Shown piece after piece: positions 59,092 to 63,685 of a DNA stretch of 63,685 nucleotides. Origin of the DNA: Xanthobacteraceae bacterium. Lineage in GTDB: Bacteria; Pseudomonadota; Alphaproteobacteria; Rhizobiales; Xanthobacteraceae. The stretch is from the NCBI GenBank assembly GCA_019748335.1, contig JAIEPP010000037.1, positions 1-63,685 of the forward strand, given 5' to 3'. Positions within the stretch are counted from its first letter, which is position 1, and each line of letters opens with the position of its first letter. Position numbers and translations under genes: made by a program. The notes beneath the pieces were generated by a model. It had not been told where the DNA came from and did not search any database. It saw only the letters and a program-made list of their open reading frames with translations.

Positions 59092-60141
59092 CTATTGCGC
59101 CGTCAGCACGACTTTGACGCTCTGCGAACGGTCGAGCGCCAGCCGGACCGCGTCTGGCGCGTCCGCCAGCGGTCGTTGCGCCGTCACCAGCGCCATCACA
59201 TCGACGCTGCCGTCAGAGATCAGTTCGACCGCGGTGAAGAATTCAGACCCGAAACGGAACGAGCCGCGGAGGTCGATCTCCTTGGCCATCACCGCGTTGG
59301 CCGGAATCGGAATCTGCCCGCCCGGCAGGTTGCCGACCTGAACCACAACGCCGCCGCGCCTGACGGCACCGATGGCACTGGCGAGACCCGCCGCCGTGCC
59401 GGAAACTTCAAATGCCACATCGAAGGGCTGCGCCGCGGCCTGTGCCTTCAGCGCTTCGTCGCCGCCGGAGATATCGACGACATGATTGGCGCCCAGCCTG
59501 GTCGCAAACGCCAGCGGCGCTGCGGCGATATCGACGACGGTGACGTCCGCTATCCCGGCGCGGCGCGCCGCCAGCATGGTCAACAGTCCGATCGGACCGG
59601 CGCCGAACAACACCGCGCGCTTGCCGCTGATATCGCCGGCGCGCGCGACCGCATGCAGGCACACCGCGAGCGGTTCGGCCAAAGCCGCCGCCTGATACGG
59701 GACGTGATCCGGAATCTTCACGCACTGCGCCGGAACCGCATCGAACATGCTGGCAAAACCGCCCTGCATGTGCGGCGTCTTCGAGGCCGAACCCATGAAG
59801 AAGATGTTCTCGCACAGGTTCTCCCGGCTTTCGCGGCATGGCTTGCAATGGCCGCACCAGCGCGACGGATTGACGGCGACCCGGTCACCGACTTTCAGGC
59901 CGGGCGCGGGACCTGCGATCTCGACCACCTCACCCGCGATTTCATGGCCGAGCACCAGTGGCGATGTGACGACGAAATCCCCGGTGCGGGCATGGCGATA
60001 GTAATGCATGTCCGAACCGCAGATGCCGCCGGCGCCGAACCGGATGCGCACCATGCCTGATGCCAGCGGATCGAGCGGCCGCCCGACCATGCGCAGATCT
60101 TCCGGCCCGAACAGCGTTGCGGCGAGAGCTATCGATGTCAT
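59092..60141 (-). CDS. idnD: L-idonate 5-dehydrogenase-like Zn dehydrogenase
   Basis: GICGSDMHY, LGHEIAG, NPSRWCGHC, GAGPIG, GSFRF. Confidence 0.85.
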   Translation of the reverse strand: MTSIALAATLFGPEDLRMVGRPLDPLASGMVRIRFGAGGICGSDMHYYRHARTGDFVVTSPLVLGHEIAGEVVEIAGPAPGLKVGDRVAVNPSRWCGHCKPCRESRENLCENIFFMGSASKTPHMQGGFASMFDAVPAQCVKIPDHVPYQAAALAEPLAVCLHAVARAGDISGKRAVLFGAGPIGLLTMLAARRAGIADVTVVDIAAAPLAFATRLGANHVVDISGGDEALKAQAAAQPFDVAFEVSGTAAGLASAIGAVRRGGVVVQVGNLPGGQIPIPANAVMAKEIDLRGSFRFGSEFFTAVELISDGSVDVMALVTAQRPLADAPDAVRLALDRSQSVKVVLTAQ

Positions 60142-61544
60142 TTCACCAGCCCCATATATTTCGGCAGGAAGAGCGTGATCTCCGGGATGTAGGTGATCGC
60201 AGCCAGCGCCAGCAACAGCGGCACCAGCCACGGCAGGATCGCCATCGTCGTGCGTTCGACCGAAAGCTTGGCCACGCGCGCGAGCACGAACAGCACCATG
60301 CCCAGCGGCGGATGCAGTAGCCCGATCATCAGGTTGAGCGTCATGATCAGGCCGAAATGAATGGGATCGATACCCAGTTTCAGAACGATCGGCAGCAGGA
60401 TCGGCACCAGAATGGTGATCGCGGCGATGGTGTCGATGAAGCAGCCGACGAACAGGATCAGGATGTTGGCGAGCAGCAGGAACACCCATTTGTTGTGGGT
60501 GATTTCGAGCATCACATCGGTCAGCGTCTGCGCCGCCTGCGAGACCGTCAGCAGCCACGCGAAGATCGAGGCCGCCGTGACGATGAACAGCACCGAAGCC
60601 GTGGTTTCGATGGTGTCGAACGTCGCCTTGGCCACCGTCTGCAGCGTCATCGAACGATAACGCACCAGCCCCAGAAACAGCGACCAGATCACGGCGGCGA
60701 CCGCGGCTTCGGTCGGCGTGAACCAACCGAGCGTCATGCCGCCGATCAGGATGACCGGCGCCATCAGCGCCATCACGGCGGAGAAGTCGAAATACCAGTC
60801 GAGCGCCAGCAACACGGCAAGCCCGATCGCGACCGCCATATTGGTCGAGAGACCGGCGACGACCATCAGCCAGACGGCCATCGGGAAGCCCAGCACGATG
60901 ACGATCTCGAGGCCGGCGGAGCCGATCTGCCTCCACGAGAACGGCGAGTCGCTGCCCCAGCCGTTCTTGTGCGCGAAATAGGCCACGGTCGCCATCATCA
61001 GCAGGGTCATCACCACGCCGGGAATGACGCCGCCGAGAAACAGCGCGCCGATCGAGACGTTCGCCATCATGCCGTAGATCACGAACGGCAGCGACGGCGG
61101 GATGATCGGGCCGAGGGTTGCGGACGCCGCGGTCACGCCGACTGAAAACTCGGTCGAATAACCATGGTCCTTCATCGCCTTGATTTCGATGGTGCCGAGA
61201 CCAGCCGCGTCCGCGATCGCGGTACCGGACATGCCCGAGAAGATCACCGAGCCGATGATGTTGACGTGGCCGAGACCACCGCGCATCCAGCCGACCAATG
61301 CGACCGCGAACTTGTAGATGCGCCCGGTGACGCCGGCGATGTTCATCAGGTTGCCGGCGAGAATGAAGAACGGCACCGCCAGCAGCGGAAAGCTCTCGAC
61401 GCCCGCGATCATGCGTTGCGCCAGCGTCACGTCGGGCGTGATCCCGGTGACGAGAATGTAAATCAGCGACGACGTCGCCATCGACAGCGCGACGGGAAGG
61501 CCGAGCAGCATCAGGAGCAGAAATCCACCGAGCAGCAGCAGCAT
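60138..61544 (-). CDS. dctM: TRAP transporter large permease
   Basis: FPLLAVPFFILAG, GPIIPPS, GLLHPPLG. Confidence 0.93.
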   Translation of the reverse strand: MLLLLGGFLLLMLLGLPVALSMATSSLIYILVTGITPDVTLAQRMIAGVESFPLLAVPFFILAGNLMNIAGVTGRIYKFAVALVGWMRGGLGHVNIIGSVIFSGMSGTAIADAAGLGTIEIKAMKDHGYSTEFSVGVTAASATLGPIIPPSLPFVIYGMMANVSIGALFLGGVIPGVVMTLLMMATVAYFAHKNGWGSDSPFSWRQIGSAGLEIVIVLGFPMAVWLMVVAGLSTNMAVAIGLAVLLALDWYFDFSAVMALMAPVILIGGMTLGWFTPTEAAVAAVIWSLFLGLVRYRSMTLQTVAKATFDTIETTASVLFIVTAASIFAWLLTVSQAAQTLTDVMLEITHNKWVFLLLANILILFVGCFIDTIAAITILVPILLPIVLKLGIDPIHFGLIMTLNLMIGLLHPPLGMVLFVLARVAKLSVERTTMAILPWLVPLLLALAAITYIPEITLFLPKYMGLVK

Positions 61545-61548
61545 CGCC

Positions 61549-62127
61549 TTACCCTTCCGTTCCGTCGAATGCGCCGGGGCGCTCCAGGATCGAATAGCCG
61601 CGCCGCCAGTTCTCGACCGCGATCTGGATCGAGCGGCCGAACATCAGCACGAAGCCGAGCAGCACCGCGTAGTAGACGAAGCCTTTTTGAAACTTGATGG
61701 TCGTCATCCGCTCGTCGCCGATAATCTGGATGAACTGCCAGACCAGCTTGGTCGCATATCCAAAGAACGCGATCCGGATCAGGTCGATAAGGGTCGAGAG
61801 CGCGCGCGCGGCGAGATGCGGCAAATAGCGGAAGATCAGGTCGACCTGGATATGCCGCGACATCCGCACGCACATCGAAGAACCGATAAAGACCACGCCG
61901 ATCAGACAGTAGGTCGCGATCTCCTCGGTCCAGGCGTAGCTGTCGTTGAGGACATAGCGGGTGAAGAACTGCAGGAACACGCACAGCGCCATGATCCAGA
62001 AGATCGCGAGCGCCAGCCAGTCTTCGAACGCGTATTGGCCGAGATCGGCGCCCTTGGGCGCTTCTTCCTCGAAGGTGTGGGCGATCTCATCCGCCGTGAT
62101 CTGCTTGTGCACTTCAACCGTCGACAT
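61549..62127 (-). CDS. dctQ: TRAP transporter small permease
   Basis: TRYVLN...WTEEIA...HIQVD. Confidence 0.92.
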   Translation of the reverse strand: MSTVEVHKQITADEIAHTFEEEAPKGADLGQYAFEDWLALAIFWIMALCVFLQFFTRYVLNDSYAWTEEIATYCLIGVVFIGSSMCVRMSRHIQVDLIFRYLPHLAARALSTLIDLIRIAFFGYATKLVWQFIQIIGDERMTTIKFQKGFVYYAVLLGFVLMFGRSIQIAVENWRRGYSILERPGAFDGTEG

Positions 62128-62229
62128 GTGCCCTCGTTCCACGCTGGCGTTGAGAAGCCGAACCTTCGGCCGGACCGGTACCGTGCCCGCCGCAACGACG
62201 CGGCGGGCACGGACCAAAGCCCAACCGTC

Positions 62230-63207
62230 TTACTTGATGGCCTGGATGCGGTCCCAGTCGGCCTTGCGATAGTCAAAAGTCTCGAAGCTCGTGGTCTTGA
62301 GCACGGTGTCGCGGAAGTCGTCCTTGTTGACCTCGGTCACGGTCAGACCCTTCTCCTTGAAGAAGGCAACCAGCTTGGCCTCGTTAACCTTGATCTCCGC
62401 GGTGGCCTTGGTCGCCGCCTCCTGCGCCACGTCGGTGAAGATCTTGCGATCCTCTTCACTCAGCTTCTTCCAGAGGCTGGCGGAGACGATGGTGTTGAGG
62501 TGATCGACGATGTGACCGGTCAGCACGATGTGTTTCTGCACTTCGTAGAACTTCTTGGCTTCAATCGTCGTCAGCGGATTTTCCTGGGCTTCCACGGTGC
62601 CGTTCTGCAGCGCGAGATAGACTTCGGCGAATGCGATCGGAGCGGTGTTGGCGCCACAGGCGCGCGGCATCGCCAGATAGGCCGGCACGTCAGGCACGCG
62701 AATCTTGAGGCCCTTCATGTCGGCGCAGGTCTTGATCGGCTTGTTCGAGGAGGTGTGACGCACGCCATAATAGGTCACCGCCACGATGTGATGGCCGGTC
62801 TTGTCCTCGTAGCCCTTGGCGAGCTCCTTGAAGACATCGCTCTTGGTATAGGCGAGCAGATGATCGGCGTCGCGGAAGGTGTAGGGATAATAGGTCACGC
62901 CGATCGGCGGATAGCTCTTGGCCGCGAAGCTGGAGCCGGAGATGATGATGTCGACCGAGCCCAGCGAAAGTCCCTGGTTGATATCTGTTTCCTTGCCGAG
63001 CTGCGAGGCCGGATAGACGTCGATCTGGTAGCGGCCGCTGGTCCGCTTGTTGATTTCCCCTGCGGCCCAGACCGAAGCGGTGTGGAACGGTTCGGAAGTT
63101 TCGTAGACGTGGGCCCATTTGAGCTTGGTCTGGGCCATGCCGGCACTCGTCGCCGCCATCAGCGCCGCGGCAGACGCCGCCAATACGATCGTCATTTTCT
63201 TCAACAC
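62230..63207 (-). CDS. dctP: TRAP substrate-binding protein
   Basis: Signal peptide, GLKIRVP, EVYLALQNGTVEAQENP. Confidence 0.93.
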   Translation of the reverse strand: MLKKMTIVLAASAAALMAATSAGMAQTKLKWAHVYETSEPFHTASVWAAGEINKRTSGRYQIDVYPASQLGKETDINQGLSLGSVDIIISGSSFAAKSYPPIGVTYYPYTFRDADHLLAYTKSDVFKELAKGYEDKTGHHIVAVTYYGVRHTSSNKPIKTCADMKGLKIRVPDVPAYLAMPRACGANTAPIAFAEVYLALQNGTVEAQENPLTTIEAKKFYEVQKHIVLTGHIVDHLNTIVSASLWKKLSEEDRKIFTDVAQEAATKATAEIKVNEAKLVAFFKEKGLTVTEVNKDDFRDTVLKTTSFETFDYRKADWDRIQAIK

Positions 63208-63293
63208 GTGCGTTCCCTCCATTGTTACCGTTTGCTTTGTTACTCGACGGGCCCGGCATCGCCGCCGAACCGCGCCAATCTGCTTTCGATGGT

Positions 63294-63685
63294 TCACCCG
63301 CTCCTTGCCTGGGCGCGCGGTGCGGCCTCGGTCCCGAAACTTTGCGCAAAGCGGGCCTGCGAACACGCCAGATGCTCGCGCATGGTCGCGCGCGCGGCCA
63401 GGGGATCGCGGGCCACGATGGCATCGCGGATGGCCTGGTGTTCGGCGAGCGCCGCCCCCCAGGATTCCGGGTTCTCGAAATAATGCGCTAGCTTGGCAAA
63501 GTAGGGATTGAGCCGCTGGTCGAACATTTCACCGACGACACGAACCAGCACAGCGTTGTCGAGGCATCCGGTGACCGCGAGATGAAACGCACGGTCATGG
63601 ATCATCGAGGCTTCGCCGGGATGCTGCACGGTCGCCATCGCCTCGAGCGAGGCGTCGATGCGTTCGATATCGGCTGATGTCGCCA
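63294..63685 (-). CDS. GntR/FadR regulator, FCD domain (5' end outside the window)
   Basis: DRAFHLAV...N...EHQAIRDAI...MREHL. Confidence 0.88.
   Translation of the reverse strand, partial: ATSADIERIDASLEAMATVQHPGEASMIHDRAFHLAVTGCLDNAVLVRVVGEMFDQRLNPYFAKLAHYFENPESWGAALAEHQAIRDAIVARDPLAARATMREHLACSQARFAQSFGTEAAPRAQARSG

Noticed and set aside
1-63685. CRISPR arrays, tRNA/rRNA genes, IS elements, integrases
   Set aside because: By eye I saw no spaced direct repeats, RNA gene signatures or transposase/recombinase motifs; the recurring 14-mers are regulator boxes.

Overview
GC-rich alphaproteobacterial DNA, most likely Bradyrhizobium or a close Nitrobacteraceae relative, judged from gene content and a genus-typical repeat. 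Nearly all of it (1 to about 57.9 kb) is one large low-oxygen response island. Regulators: fixLJ, a stand-alone receiver protein, fixK2, an FNR-type fixK1 opposite a cytochrome c (cycS), and nnrR with nnrS and pseudoazurin. Respiration: cbb3 oxidase fixNOQP and fixGHIS. Stress and storage: three universal stress proteins, CBS proteins, phasin plus PHA synthase, Pat acetyltransferase, MgtA and an Mla-type ABC system. About 19 FixK/FNR boxes (TTGA-N6-TCAA) and 2 NnrR-type boxes can be read in the sequence. The most interesting elements are: (i) a six-gene hyf-like membrane complex whose large subunit lacks the NiFe-binding cysteines (Ehr type), bracketed by two paralogous XRE regulators and apparently inserted between two back-to-back FixK promoters; (ii) a coupled AMP-phosphorylase/PRPP-synthase/beta-CASP nuclease operon that may recycle RNA under hypoxia; (iii) several very small box-driven proteins, including a 51-aa ORF missing from the ORF track; (iv) an eRF1-like candidate ribosome hibernation factor; (v) a palindromic repeat inserted in frame in fixI. 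The right end is an unrelated sugar-acid TRAP/idnD/uxuA cluster. I saw no rRNA, tRNA, CRISPR array, transposase or integrase. Family calls come from motif recognition by eye, not database searches.
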